A stretch of DNA of 64,000 nt from Anthoceros angustus (taxonomy: Eukaryota > Plantae > Anthocerotophyta). Positions within the stretch are counted from its first letter, which is position 1. Each line of letters opens with the position of its first letter. The notes beneath the pieces are model-generated. The model saw only the letters and a list, made by a program, of their open reading frames with translations, did not search any database and had not been told where the DNA came from. The stretch is from assembly GCA_010909165.1 (NCBI GenBank), contig VJWM01000016.1:186001-250000 (forward strand). Direction: 5' to 3'. Below are positions 1 through 13,249 of the stretch, piece by piece. A program made the translations under genes and the position numbers.

Positions 1-999
1 ATGCTCGACCATGGTTTCAGCAAAGTCATACGTGTGTGCACTAGCTCGAGACTCGTTTACAAGCACGCCTTGCTCCATGATCAACTTCCCAAACATATCA
101 TCCCTAGCTACTTTGCGGGCATGTCGCATCCTCACTACACACCGTCTCGCCTCCAAACGTGGCCCTCCCATGCAATTTCACACAAGTCCCGAGCACATCT
201 TCAAGGTGTGCACTCGTGAGAGACACGCCAGGTGTGTGCACTCTCCCCTCTGCCGACTTCACTGCCATTAGGGAGGAACGTTGCTTCCACATGTGTTCAA
301 TGTCCGGGCTCAAACTCGGTGCCCATAGCTCCCTCCTGACCAAACCATCCAACCTTGGTGTCGCCCAGCACCGACTCATCGTCTCCCGGCGTGTGCCTTG
401 ACCCGCATGGACCGCAATCATCGAGGTGCACCGACCCTCCTCGGCTGATTCTCCACCCATGATAGGAGCCCTCCTCCGATCTCCACCCACTCATGGGCCA
501 TGTCGATTACGAGAAATCCCTACAAGATACCACACAAACCGGAGAAAAATGGCATTGTGTTGCTCAAGAAGAGGTAGTAGTCACAAATGAGAGAGATGCC
601 TCACAATTGAGCCCTCCGTGGGAGGCGATGAATGACAATTTGTGGTGCCGCTGCCATCTATGATGTACTGCATTGTCCGTCTCCCCATTTGTATGAGTGG
701 CCTGCTCCGGGCAGGGCAAATCCCTCTGCTGGAACCCGATCAGGGCCATGTTTTGACCCCAATCCCGACGTCACGATCCACCTTAACCCCTTCTCCACTG
801 CTCTCGCTAGTTTCTTCCACAGGCGCTCATCGTCCGGCGCTCTGCGGTCCCTGCGCAGCCCACAGACTAAGTCGAACATTCATGGTTAGAACCGCCCCTG
901 GTTGCACGTACTCCCCGCCATCTGTTGTCATGGGCACGATTCGCCACGACCGCAATTTCCACGCCCCGGCTTGATTGCCGACATCCTGCGGCGATGCTC

Positions 1000-3095
1000 A
1001 TCGCGTTCCTCCCTATCCGTTTGTTTGGGTGCATGCGCACTATCGACATCAAGCATTGCACCATCCTTTTCCCTCCTCACGGGCCCCGCAAATGTGTTCG
1101 TACATGTAGCGGTCGGACAATAGCCGCCATCGGCCGGGCGGTGCATCGGCAAATAACGCCTTGATGGGTACTTTCACGTTTTGGCGGGGGGCGTTGCGTC
1201 ACCATCAACCCTATGCCGACTACAAATACTCTGCATGCGGTGGTGATGGCAATCGTGCTGACGTTTTGGGTGCCTCCCGACCAAGGCACGAAGCGATTAT
1301 ATAATCCGGTGAACTACTTAGTTTAGGTATATCCACTCCTTGTGATTTTCCTTGACCACACATCACACCGCTTGACAACTCGAGTCGTCCTCTTGCATGC
1401 GCGATGCCTTATTCCAGCTTGCACATGACTTTGAGCACGCCATGGCGAACTTCGTTGTCACTCGGAGTTCTCGGACACGTGGCGCTATCCCAATGGTAAC
1501 CGTTTCCCATAAGAAGGATGCATCGACCCCTCTTTTCCAAGCATTCACTCTCTTGCTCGATTTCGGGTTCACGGAGGTGTGGAATTTGCACGTCTTCTCG
1601 AACCTTTATCCCAATTGGCTGCCAGTCGAGTTTGGGAGTTTGCTTGTTGCCACTTTGTTGTCACTTGTTGCGCCACCACAACTTAAATTCGTTTTGGCTT
1701 GTAATGTGTGTAGGGTCGGGTTGCGATTAACAGAGGACCATGGCTCACGTGGTGGGGCCAACATCCTGGATACCCTCCACATTACGAACGACCGGCATGA
1801 GTTTACAGCCCTCATCGGCCGGGCTCCCTCTCGCACCCTTTCTCTGGCGCTGATGGCTCTGTTCCACAAGCACGCGATAAGCAGCGTGTGAAGGCGGAGT
1901 GGAGATGTTTGAAAGGCGGACAAGTGTGTCCGAGGGTGAGGCGGCCCATGGGGGTAGTGGATTTCAAGGCCTACCGACTTCTCTGGCGAAGGAAAAAGCC
2001 TTGGGCATCGAAGAGGCAGGATAGGCGTGTGAAGGCGATGGCATTCACACGCCCGCCTCAGTTGATCATTTACATCCGCGGCAGCGTTTCATCGCGTTCC
2101 TCCCTATCCGTTTTTGCCGTCGCACTGGCTATCACATCAAGCATTGCACCATCCTTTTCCTCCTCATCGACGCCGCAAATGTGCGCATGCCATGATCTCG
2201 GACATACATAATGCGGTGCATCGGCAAATAACGCCCGGCGTGGTACTTGTTTGGCATGGGCGTTGCGTCACCATCAACCCTATGCCGACTACAAATCGCC
2301 ATCGCATGACGTGGTGATGGCAATCGTGACCGCTTTGGGTGCCTCCTTGACCAAGGCACGAAACGCGATTATATAATCGTGAACTACTTAGTTTAGGTAT
2401 ATCCACCCTTGTGATTTTCCTTGACCACCATCACACCGCTTGACAACTCGAGTCGTCCTCTTGCATGCTGATGCCTTCGCTCCACATGCCTTTGAGCACG
2501 CCATGGCGAACCGTTGTCACGCGTTCTCGGACACGTGGCGCTATCCCAATGGTAACCCGTTTCCCATAAGAAGGATGCATCCCCTCTTTTCCAAGCATTC
2601 ACCGCCTCTCTCTTTCGCGTTCTCGGCTTCAGGAGGTGTGGAATTTGCACGTCTTCTCGAACCTTTGTGCTCCCAATTGGCTGCCTGTCCGAGTTTGGGA
2701 GTTTGCTTGTTGCCACTTTGTTGTCACTTGTTGCCACCACAACTTAAATTGGCTTGTAATGTGTAGGTCGGGTTGCGTGAGAGGACCATGGCTCACGTAA
2801 TTGGGGCCAACATCCTGGATACCCTCCACATTACGAGAACGACCAGCATGAGTTTACAGCCCTCATCGATGGCCGGGCTCTCGCACCCCTTTCTCTCGGC
2901 GCTGATGGCTCTGCTCAACAAGCACCGCGATAAGCAGCGTGTGAAGGCGGAGTTGGAGTTGTTTGAAAGGCGGACAAGTGTGTCCAGGGGTGAGGCTGGC
3001 CCATGGATTTCAAGGCATACCGCCTTCTCCGGCCGAATCGGAAAAAGCCTTGGGCATCGAAGAGACGGATAGGCGTGTGAAGGGCGATGGCATTC
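1000..3095. repeat. ~1.05-1.09 kb tandem duplication (about 1000-2050 and 2090-3095), probably in the distal (TnpA-side) part of a CACTA element
   Basis: TCGCGTTCCTCCCTATCCGTTT occurs at 1001 and 2092, and GATAGGCGTGTGAAGG at 2020 and 3068. The block GAACTACTTAGTTTAGGTATATCCAC...TTGACAACTCGAGTCGTCCTCTTGCATGC is in both copies. The copies differ mostly by small indels. Confidence 0.9.
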
Positions 3096-3499
3096 CACAC
3101 ACACGCGAGGACCGCACCGCCTTGATCGTGTAGAGCATTAGTGCCGTATGTGCCCATGGACATAGACAACGGGTTTAGGTAGGGGTTTGCATGTGGTATG
3201 ATGCCATGTTTTGTTTTTAATGGTCGAACATGAGCCGTATGTTGGCGTGTATGGGCGGAGGTTAAAATGCACCTACATATATTTTGTCATTAAACCGCCT
3301 GCTGTGGAAACCCTTGCCCCGAAACCCTCCAATATGAAATGGCAACATGAAGTGTGTGCCACATCCTCGAGCGCGAAATAGCGAACATCGCGGCTGACAT
3401 CGGGTGCCAGCGCCTTGTGCATCTCGGCATTCCCCGTGGCTACTAGGCCATAGGAAGCGAGTAATGGTGGTGCAAACGGATCGTGCGCAATTTAGGTTG

Positions 3500-5750
3500 T
3501 GACATGAGTCCAATTGGAGTCGGTCCCGTAATTAATGATCCCATTCCACAAAGAAACATATTTTGACCCATTTATAATTATGTGTATTTACCCGTTACTT
3601 TGGGACCCCACTAATCGACATCGTTTTCCCTTAATCGACTTGAGAACTATCCCACCTAGCATGTATTGGTGTGCATATCATCCATTGCCGTCGTTCAACC
3701 ATGGCGTCCGATGGGCGAATGCCCGAGTGGCGTGCTCGAAATGTATACGGTCTGCTCGTGATCCGGCCGTATCGCAAGGCGTCTTGTATCCACCGGAGCC
3801 GGTCAGTAATCACGGACCATTGAGGCGGGTCATGTGTTGGGTCACACTCGTACCAATGGATGTTTAGTATGAATGACGGACGTCGGCACCATCGCATTCC
3901 ACCGAGAACACATGTGTCGGCCAAGTATTCTTGTTGCGATGTCCCCAACCATCTCAAATGACCCATGGACCCGGTTGTCTGTGTTGCTTTGATTGGCATC
4001 TGCAGCCATTGTGCGAAAATGATACCCCTAAATTCTAGACCTCGATATTCCGTAACGACAGTCGTGGCCCATTGCTCGAGCCTTAATTTTACAAGTTTGG
4101 GTTGTCATTCCATGCCCCTTCAAGGCCTGCCCCAGCCACGTCTTGAAATCCACCTCATCATGTTGGGCATGTCTCGTCGCTCACGGATAGGCATATAATT
4201 GCAGTGCAACAACAAGTACCGGTGCGGGCAGTTGCGGTCGTCGACATTAAGAGCCACTTGTTTGCCCATGCCAATCGGGCGTTCCTCATGATCACATCGT
4301 GTTGTGACGTATAAATGCGATGTATGTGCTTCCGCCATGAACTTAGTTGCATAATGCATTGCCTCCATTGCAATGTAACGAGCCATACTTCCTCTCGCAG
4401 TCGCGGCACGCCTAACGTGATTTTTCGGGATAAGCATGTACCTTTCCATCGGGTACATCCACCGTGTATGAGATTGCCAAATAATTCTACCTCCTCCATG
4501 ACATGGAATATCATATGTTGCATCGGGTTCCAAAAGGTAGAGGCATAAGCCGCTCAAGGGTGACCATGAGGTCAACAACCTCCAACTTCTTTCGGTATCT
4601 CCGGAGTCGATTGCCTTCCCACATATCCATCTATAAAGTTCACTTAGGCATGCAATTACCTTGTACTCTGGAGCATCCAAACGTCCTCTTATCGCGATTG
4701 GCAGATAGTACTGCATGATACAATGCCAATCATGGCTCTTGAGTCCGGTTACTTTTGGCCCTGCAAAGCACGAATTCAAGTTAGCCCCAAAGCCCATAGG
4801 TGGCCTCATTGCACATATCTCATCCTTCACTGCTTGAAGATCATCTGGCTTCAAGACATAAGAGGCCTCTGGCAAATGCAACATGTCGTCCTCCTCCACT
4901 TGTACAACCATGGCTTGGAATCGCTTTGTCTCCATATCTAAACGGGTTGCAATGGTGTCACTCGACCGGTCAAAATTCCCCATATGGCCTTGGCATTGTT
5001 CACTTCTACATGCATTACATCCTTTGCCCATAGCTTGTGTATGTGGGTAAGATAAGGCGGCGTAGGATCGTGACTGAGTTACTCCCCACACTCGGTGTTC
5101 CTCCTTTGCGTGCATCGGCCGTCCAATGCATTTCAAGAGAACTTAGGAACAACTGCGAAGTGGGCGTGGCGCATTTGCATCTATTATCGAAAGCATCGAT
5201 CTGAAATGACCGTGGTGTCGGCCAGTTGCTACACCATCGCGGGCACCAATGCGATTTTGTCTAAGTCTGTGACCAGGCGTGGCTCCAGAGCCTACACGCC
5301 GATACACGCGAGTGACCCCGGACTTGGTGCCAAGCAAATTTCCCATCCGGATAATCACATGTTGCAACCACGGTCTTTCAAGCTTGAAAAATCTTTGTAT
5401 CATCAATTGGCTTGGAGAAGTCCTCACAATCCACACCTACCCATAGCACGCAATTCCGCAACCAATGGTTGCAAGTACACGCCATGTTTTGGCACTTGGG
5501 TCCCCGGAATCACCTGAACATCAAAATCGTTCCTTTTGGTGGATAGCCGAACCTATAATATTCATACGGCGGAATAATGTAAGCGGTTATGAAAAATCAC
5601 CGCCGCTTGGTACTTTTCATACGATTACTAATTCGACAAACACGCTCTTGAGCACTGCGCTGTGCCAAGCAATCATTGATTGGGATTTCAATTTTGTCTC
5701 AAGTTGTTTGAAATGAGGGTGCTAAGGTGCGGGGATCTTTGCTTGAAAGC
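3500..5750 (-). pseudogene. CACTA/EnSpm Tnp2 (TnpD-like) transposase remnant, copy 1 (Transposase_21, DUF4218 and DUF4216 regions), frameshifted
   Basis: ORF 4120-5136 contains GLKSHDWHCIMQYYLPIAIRG and RWMYPMERYM..KNHVR...RGSMA..YIAMEA. An adjacent frame has MQHMIFHVMEEVEL. Upstream there is VYLQPLVAEL (~5440-5470) and MIAWH (~5660). Boundaries are approximate. Confidence 0.9.
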
Positions 5751-5939
5751 GACAATGCTCGATTATAAGTGAAATCGTCCGATTCGAGATATATATTCAA
5801 AATAGGCCTCATGGCGGACACATAACAACTTAATCTTGGAAGATCCGGGATGGCAACTCAAAAGGCGCGCCCCCTCGACATACGATTGCGGTAACACGAA
5901 AATGTTTTGGCCACCTAAGGAAGTTCGGTCAAGATTCAA

Positions 5940-7320
5940 GCTGCACACGGCTACACTATCGGGAACTAAGGTCACGTTTCTAAGGCGTTCTTTATGCGCC
6001 TCTCGAAAGTGTCAACATCCATCGCCGCAGGCGTCATCATCTTCCTTCCGTCAACCGGAGGTTGAGTACCATATAGCGTCGATGTCTGTTGCCTCATCGA
6101 GGGTCTCCGATCCTTTCTTTCATTCTCTTGACCCTTGGGGCACAATTTGAGCCTTCCCAATATCCTTCTCGCTCACGCAAACCTCCTTGGCCCAGTGAGA
6201 TGGACCTCGGCAGCGGCTCGTGTGTCGGCTCCTCCTCCGCATCCGGATGCTTCATATCCATGTACATGTTGTGGAATGAATTACGCACATGCATCCAATA
6301 TCCATTCCCTTCCTTGGAGAATGTCTTGATAAGCTTCATCATCAAACCTAAAGGCCATAGGGTAGGCGGACAACAAGTTTGTCAAGTGGTATAACGACTT
6401 TTTCACGGTATGGTGGGCAATCATCGACCGACCATCATTGAAAGTGCCGCAAAGCATTAGGTAACATGACACGTCAACTCGAGCTTTTCGCACCCCAACC
6501 GACAATGACATACTCCGTATCGAACCCACCCTTGTCGTTGTTGACATTTGTCTTGTCCCACAAATGAAACAAGTCCACGCCCTCGCACCACTTCCGCATA
6601 GGCTGCACAATATGTGAATCTTCCACACCATGCATTATGATCATCCCGAAATCCTCGCATTCGCTTAAGTATTGGAAGGAATGCAAAACATTACCCACTT
6701 GCCAAGCATCAAACCTTCCATCCTTAGGGCCCTTGTCGAATCCACGTGGGACATCCATCACAAGCAAAGAGTACCTCCTCTTCCTCACAAAACCTCGCAT
6801 ATCCTGGACATCTCGAGCATGAATCTGATACTGCACTTTTTTCTCCGACTGTGGGACAGTGAATTGCAACCGTCCCTCTTCTATGTCCCTATCTGCGAGC
6901 TCCCGTTGCTCATCCTTCAAGCCCTTCCATGTGTTGACCTCATAAATAAACTGTTGAAAGTTTTCAGGGTACTTGGTGAGGACTGCAATGTTTTTTGTTG
7001 CTGCACAAAAAACAGGTTGTTTGTCAGTATTAATGGGAGAGGGACTTCGCCGGCATGCCCTCCCTGCAATAGGGCCTCGGGTTCATCCAGGCGCGCGGCA
7101 TGCCGCCCTCCCTCGGGCTACCCCTCGGATAGGCCCTTCCCACAGGCGGGCCGGCGCTGCGCCCCAAGCGAATATGGAAAATCGGGCGTGGGAAGGAGGA
7201 AGGAAGAACAACATAATATTTTAAGCGGTGAATATACATCAAGCGGCTTTTGGCGTGAATATCGCGAAGCGGGGTTTCGATGGGCATTGAAATGCGTATT
7301 CATCAAGACCCTAAACACGC
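5940..7320 (-). pseudogene. Beta-class DNA amino-methyltransferase (N6_N4_Mtase-like), copy A, 5'-truncated and frameshifted as assembled
   Basis: ORF 6474-6920 has YSLLVMDVPRGFD (DVPRG at 6755-6741), LWDKTN (6560-6546) and FDTEYVIVGWG. Downstream are PLGLMMKLIKTFSKEG (6354-6307) and EWILDACA* (6307-6281). The order motif IV, WxK/E, KPxxL..LI..S.EG..(V/I)LD is the beta-class arrangement. Confidence 0.8.
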
Positions 7321-7553
7321 GTAAGTGACACACCTAGGCGCGGCATGCGCCCAAGTCATGCTTAAGCGTTACGTGCCTTGGGCGCGGCATGCAGCATCCA
7401 AGATTCATGGCCTTTGGCAATGAATGCTGGACGTCGGACAAACACCCTCCTTCTGGAAACTACCGAATGGCTTCTGGGTGCTCAACATCGTTAGACACCT
7501 AGGCTAGTGGCTAAGAAACCACACGTGATGGCTTCTCCGGATGGCTATTAAAA

Positions 7554-7645
7554 CAAGGAGCATGGGGAGCATAAGGGCATGGGGAGCATGGGGAGCATAA
7601 GGGCATGAAGAAGAAGAAGAAGAAGAAGAAGAAGAAGAAGAAGAA
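7554..7645. repeat. 9-bp GGGGAGCAT/AAGGGCAT minisatellite followed by a (GAA)13 microsatellite
   Basis: Read directly from the sequence; (GAA)13 spans 7607-7645. Confidence 0.95.
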
Positions 7646-7762
7646 TGAGGGCATGAGGGCGCATGCCGGCGCCCTTACTTCAACATATAGTTTGTGCTTC
7701 CAATTGTTTGCGTGCAAGAAAGTTAATGAAGTGGCAACACTCGAAAGTTATGAACAAGAGGT

Positions 7763-7950
7763 CTTGGGTTCAAGTCTTCTTTTAAGGCGCCGGCATGCCG
7801 GCGCCTTTTAAAGGTAAACTTTCCTTGGGTTCAAGTCTTCTTTTAAGGCGCCGGCATGCCCGCGCCCTTTAAAGGTAAACTTTCCTTGGGTTCAAGTCTT
7901 CTTTGCATAGATGCGTAAAAATAAACTTTCCTTGGTTCAAGTCTTCTTTT
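7763..7950. repeat. ~61-bp tandem repeat (about 3 copies, decaying) containing a perfect 24-bp palindrome
   Basis: The unit CTTGGGTTCAAGTCTTCTTTTAAGGCGCCGGCATGCCGGCGCCTTTTAAAGGTAAACTTTC starts at 7763, ~7824 and ~7885. The palindrome AAGGCGCCGGCATGCCGGCGCCTT spans 7784-7807. Confidence 0.9.
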
Positions 7951-8149
7951 CTTCAACTTTCCTATTGTGTAGGCTTTAAAGGTAAGCTTTTCCTATTGTG
8001 CTGAATAGATAATGTGGATTGAAATGAGAGCACTGATAAAAGTGATAGATGATTGGTTTGGTTTAAAATTCCCTTATCTGCTTTTCCTTTGATAGCACTA
8101 ATCCATGAAGAAGGTGGGACTCGACAAGTACAAAACACACACCACACGC

Positions 8150-9750
8150 ATGCAACGGCAATTGCATTCCATGATTTCGAGAAGATGGAACAGGGACTCT
8201 CAACATGTTGAATTTCCATTGTCATCTCCAATACTTATTACACCTCAAAACCGTTTTCCAAAACCATATACCCTTTATGTCGAATGAATAGCAAAAGGCC
8301 TATCCGTGGCCTCTTCACGCCACCAATGAGTGTCATGTATGGGCATCATTTCAAGGTAAATGTGTGCCTAAATTGTATATCCCTTTTCAGCCCAACTCAT
8401 GGCATGTTCCGGCTTCCTACACACCACATTACTTTTAAAACATTTTTGTAGGCTGGCGGGGCAGGCGTTTTTCCCATGTTCACTTGATTCTGATATTCAT
8501 TGGAAAAATTTGCTTCTGCTTATTCCAGCGGTATGAATATTATGGTGTTCGAGGTGGAAGGTTTTGGATGACCGGAAGCTTCATATTGAGTTGGAGCATG
8601 ATCGATGTGGCCCACGGGTTGAGGCCGTCTGCATAAATAAGTCGAGCGTTCCTATCGTCGGCACCAAAATTTTCCACCATCAAGAGCAACCCGGTAGGGG
8701 TGTCGGCCATAATCGCATCTTACCATCCAGAGCTTGATTGCGTGCCTACCAAGTCATATCGGTAGCCATGGCGGGGCACACGAAGATCCTCCTAAGGCGT
8801 TCCACCAAAGGGAAGTGGAAGTATGACAGCGGAACCTTGTCGACTAGCAGGATCGCGGTATCGAGGCTCGCCACAAAAGCAGTTCAATTCCAACCAATAC
8901 CCCAAAACACACAACAATCCTTCACACATGCATCTGTCTGATTTACAACTCGCCCCACCTTCATAAGAATGTGACTTGCGACATCGTGATTGGGGTAGAG
9001 AATTTAGGCGAGGAGCATCCCACCACCTTGAACACATCGTTGATCGCACTATCGATAAGTTGTGTGTCTCTCACCTTGCGCTCACAAGGCGTGCACGACA
9101 ATCGATCCGAGTCGATGCATGCCCCATCTATGACAAACAAAGGTTTTGAGGCCTCTTGAGACGATTGATGCCATTGATCGGGACAGAGGATACAAAACCG
9201 TGCAAAGGTGGACCATTGCCCCCGCCATCTCGGGCATGGTCAATAGGTGGCTCACAGTATTGAGTCGTGGCACGGACTGCAGTGCGACAGCGTGGACCAT
9301 CTGCGGACGGTTTACTCACCCGCGTGTCGGCCCTACATTGCGCTGAGCCCTCCCAGCCCGATTGTGGATGAATATGTGGAATAACTCCAAGGTCGTGTCG
9401 CGCCGATCCTACATTTCATCGATCCAACAAGCCGGCCCTTGAAGATAGTCACTTAGTCGGCGTCCCTACAAGAGATTCAATGGTGTGTTAGAGCGGATGC
9501 ATACGCTAAGCGTGCCAAGATGCAATGGTGTGGTAAAGATGTGATGCATGGAATTCATGGCAAACCTCAGCGCTATGATGTCCCGTTCGGAATGGGCGGC
9601 GCGATGTACGCCCTCACGGATGCTCATTACCAATGCAATCGGGACATGGGCGTGACCTCTCGGCAATTTGCGGTTCTTGGACGGGACCATCCGGAATCCA
9701 TGTTCGCCGACTTAGTGAGTTGTTCTGCATCTAACATTTAGACTAGAACG
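8150..9750 (-). pseudogene. CACTA/EnSpm Tnp2 transposase remnant, copy 2 (N-terminal half)
   Basis: Minus-strand frames give DACVKDCCVF...CFCGEPRYRD (~8930-8845), YFHFPLVERLRRIFVCPAMATDMTW (~8830-8750), ADGLNPWA (~8630-8605) and NLPP (~8560). These match the Tnp2 DAC..C..CPxC, FP..RL, DGFNPF and NLPP motifs. Confidence 0.8.
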
Positions 9751-11646
9751 CGTCAAAGGGTTCGAGGCTAGATGGGCCATAAAGGGCCATTGCCGTGTTG
9801 CGAGAACGGTCATCACGCTCGCGAATTTGGCGGAGACATGGCTAGAACGGGCCTCACGCCCGGTGGGTTCCTTCGACTGTCATTTGCGATTGCAAATTAT
9901 AGTACACGGTGTGGCGCCCCACATCTGGGCTGGTCGTCGGTGCAAATGCCGGTGATATGTGTACCTAGCCTTGAGGGTGCAAAAACCTTGGCAGTGGGTT
10001 ACGCTCGACCTCGACGGCATCAAAGTGTGCAGCATCTTGAAGCTCACCAGCTGCAGTGCACTTGGTTACGGGTGCTTTAACAATTCAAGTCGGCCTTGGC
10101 CTTTGAAGTTGCAAACTCGGGGAATGGTGGCCGACGCAGCAATGCACGAGGATGGGCCAATCCCAATGCCGCCGTTCATTCCTATGATTGGACACGGCCG
10201 TGACATGGACCTTGTGAGGTAGATGCCGAGTCTAGTTCATCGCGGCCATCGGCCGAGACTGGCCGTACCATCGCCCGGTGAACCCCTTGTGGCGGTGGGA
10301 GCATGCTCCTCACCTCCGGCGGAGATTACGCCTGCAGCCTTCGTGGCGGATGAGGTTTCCCGAGTATGGACTCCGGGCGTGGTGGCTGGGTGCAAATTGC
10401 GGAGGGGCGCCATCGATGGAGAAGCACTATCACATCACACGTCTCAGCAATGATGATGCAGGACCACTGCCATTGCGCTCCATCGCCGGTGCAAGCAATG
10501 TCCGGAAGTGATGGGTTGGATGTGCATCGAGGTTGGGGCAAGGCATGGTGGGCCGAGCCAAGGAATTGGGCATATTTGTGGCCGATGTGGTAGAACGCGA
10601 GTCACACATCTCTTGAACATCCCAATTGTTGCGAGGTCGGGACCCCGATGAGCAAGATGTTTTTGTCCCACTTACATTGACAAGTTTGGCGTATTGGTTA
10701 TCGACACAGCCACCTTTGAGGCGGGACCCGAGGCCAGGCATCGGGCGTAGTCGACCGGTTGGAGACCATGCGGGTGAAGGAAGCCTACTTCAGCATCTGG
10801 AACGGGAGATCCAGGACCTCAGGCTCACCAGGTGGGGGCCAAAAATTCAGGTTCGCTCTGTTGGCCCACCGTGGATCCCAAGCGTCGGTTGTGTGGGAGA
10901 CCCTCTCGTCCACTCCATGAATTCATCGAGGCGCCACCAAGATCGTGTCAGCTGAAGATTGTGTCCATGGAGGTTGATATGCATCGGGGCATCACCACCT
11001 TTTCTTGCCCTTCATTTACAACGATCGAGGCCTTTGTGTGCTATTGATTTTATGTCTAATGAGCGGTGCATTCGAGGTGCTCGAGCTTGCAATGCCATCG
11101 TGAGGACATGCGCTGCATTGGTAGCCGGAAAGGTTCAGCATGGTTCTTGGCAAGACATATGCATTCATCTTTGAGCCTCGGACATTCGGCGATTGTGGTA
11201 GTGGGCGTGCAGCTCGGCATGGAGATCGTAGGTTTTCAAGACGAATATACATGTAGCGGCATGAGGCATTAGGCAATTTTGGAATTGTGTTTTGTGAGGA
11301 CGGGACTTGGAAGTTTGACATGCCTAGTGATGGCTTTTTTGGGCTTGCCTGGACATGACGGTGTATGCACCAAGCTTGGGGACTACATTTTGTGTTCAGA
11401 TCAAAAAGTAACCCCCTAATACTCCGTACACTCATGTGATGCGGTGGTAGATAAACGGCACTCGAAAAGGGGTGACCTACGTTCGAACTTGCTACCAGTT
11501 GTCCTTTTAGAAGTTATAGAACATCAAGCGCTCGTGCCTGAGCTAGGGGCAAACCGAGTTCAAACCACAACTCGATTACATAGTTCGTTCCCTTAAGCAT
11601 GCCCGGTTGGTGGCCCTCAACCCGGTTCCTATGGTGCTAGCCAAGT

Positions 11647-11800
11647 CATGGCGCCTCCCGGATACAGTAACACGGCTACTTGGCCCATATGGCACATCGC
11701 CATGCCCTCCCGGATACGGTAACACCGGCTACTTGGCCCATGTGGCACACCGCCATGCCCTCCCGGATACCGTAACATTGGCTACTTTGCATGCCACACG
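11647..11800. repeat. ~54-bp subterminal tandem repeats of a CACTA element (3 copies)
   Basis: CATG(G/C)C(G/C)CTCCCGGATAC.GTAACA..GGCTACTT starts at 11647, 11701 and 11754. Related TTTATCCGGT(T/C)ACAA motifs lie at ~11868-11905. Confidence 0.85.
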
Positions 11801-12065
11801 CATGCTACACACCAAGAAGGGGACACGGTATAACAATGGGCGCTACCAACTGCTTGGGTGAGCGAAATTTATCCGGTTACAAAGGCGTGAACAAGATTTA
11901 TCCGGTCACAAGGGCAAATGTATCACGAGGACATGGCACGTTATTATGCTTACGGTGGAGTGTGGCGTCCATGACCATTCACGTTATAATCAAGTATGCC
12001 GTTATTATTTTATAACACCAATATCACGAGATCTTGCTACGTGATATATGGTGCATTAAAAAGCC

Positions 12066-12083
12066 ATATGTTTTGTAGTAGTG
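12066..12083 (-). mobile_element. CACTA terminal inverted repeat (5' end of a minus-oriented element extending leftward)
   Basis: Plus-strand TTTTGTAGTAGTG ends at 12083, which reads CACTACTACAAAA on the minus strand. It is preceded by subterminal repeats and is co-oriented with the Tnp2 remnants. No partner end or TSD was found in the window. Confidence 0.8.
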
Positions 12084-13249
12084 GAACGCATGGTCTTCAC
12101 ATTGTTGTAGCAACGGTTGTTTGCTGAAATTCGGAAAGAAGAATATAGAGTGAACACCATAAATTTTGAAGGGGGGGAATATCCTCGATGGGGGTTTTTT
12201 GTGAATAACCGCTGAAGAGGGTTGGTGATGGGTCTAAAAGTGGGTTCAGCTATTAGGAAACCATACCGGAAAAAGGGTCCGGCTCTTGGATCATACGAAG
12301 CCTTGGTTCATATGACGAAAGGGGTGACCCTCTTCCCTTAACCATTTGTTTCGCCAAAACAAGACCCACTAACACACCTCGTATGCCGGTCAAGCAATAC
12401 CGCTAGCGTAATCGCGAATCGAACGCCACTATGGAAGGGTTATGCCTCATGGACACGTTCAAACCATCAACATATTTATGGGAAGAAAATTTCGTTTCTG
12501 CCTGTGTGTGATCCTCTATTTTGAACACAGGAGGCAGGATGCTGGCCGGCGCCTCCTGCCTCACCATGTGGAAGGTCACATGGAACATGTTTGCTATCCA
12601 CTTGGGCACCGCCTTCGTAATGAATTTGAAGTGTGGATGTGGTGCGGCGGCATGTTCCAAGTGGGGCCGCCACGCCCGCCATTGTCCACAAGGACACATT
12701 CCACATGTTTGATATCGCATGGTCACCACTTCCTTTGGAATGGCATAGAATGTAACCTGCGTAGGGGGTCATGTTGCATGCCGTGGTGTTACACAACTAC
12801 CCCAAATCAAACCGATCACACGCAACATATTCGTGACACATACCATCATCAAGGACACAGGGACCCAATACATGGTATGTGCAATCGTCATTGCGCCTAC
12901 TTCAATTTCGATAAAGTTATGCACAAGAACAAGGAATAGGGGGCCAGCCGCGCCCCACCCTTCCATCGCGATTAAGTTGGAAAGGATGGGCGTAATGGAC
13001 ACGTGAAGTGGGAGCCACATCCATACAACCCCTAATGAGAATGGTTCAGCCGGTCGTCCTACCAATAGCTATTCGTCCCCCGAGTTCACGTCATCGCTGT
13101 CATTCCCATTATTGTCATCGCTATCCTCCGCCACACTTTGACCGGGTTGTATGAATCCGCACTCGCTCAATTTGTCCTCGATCGCTTTTGTCCACCGATA
13201 CAAATGTTTCCGTGCATTCAAAATAAAACCGTAATAAAGGATGAGTATC

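Noticed and set aside
6015-6045. DACGDGC read as the Tnp2 DAC..C motif
   Set aside because: This region aligns instead with the C-terminal tail of MTase copy B, so the match is probably chance.
8096-8100. CACTA pentamer as the partner of the 12083 terminus
   Set aside because: Only 5 bp match the other end, and the flanks (TAG vs GAA) give no TSD.
12090-13060. Possible retroelement or other coding fragment
   Set aside because: No convincing RT, integrase or protease motif was found in any frame, so it is left unassigned.
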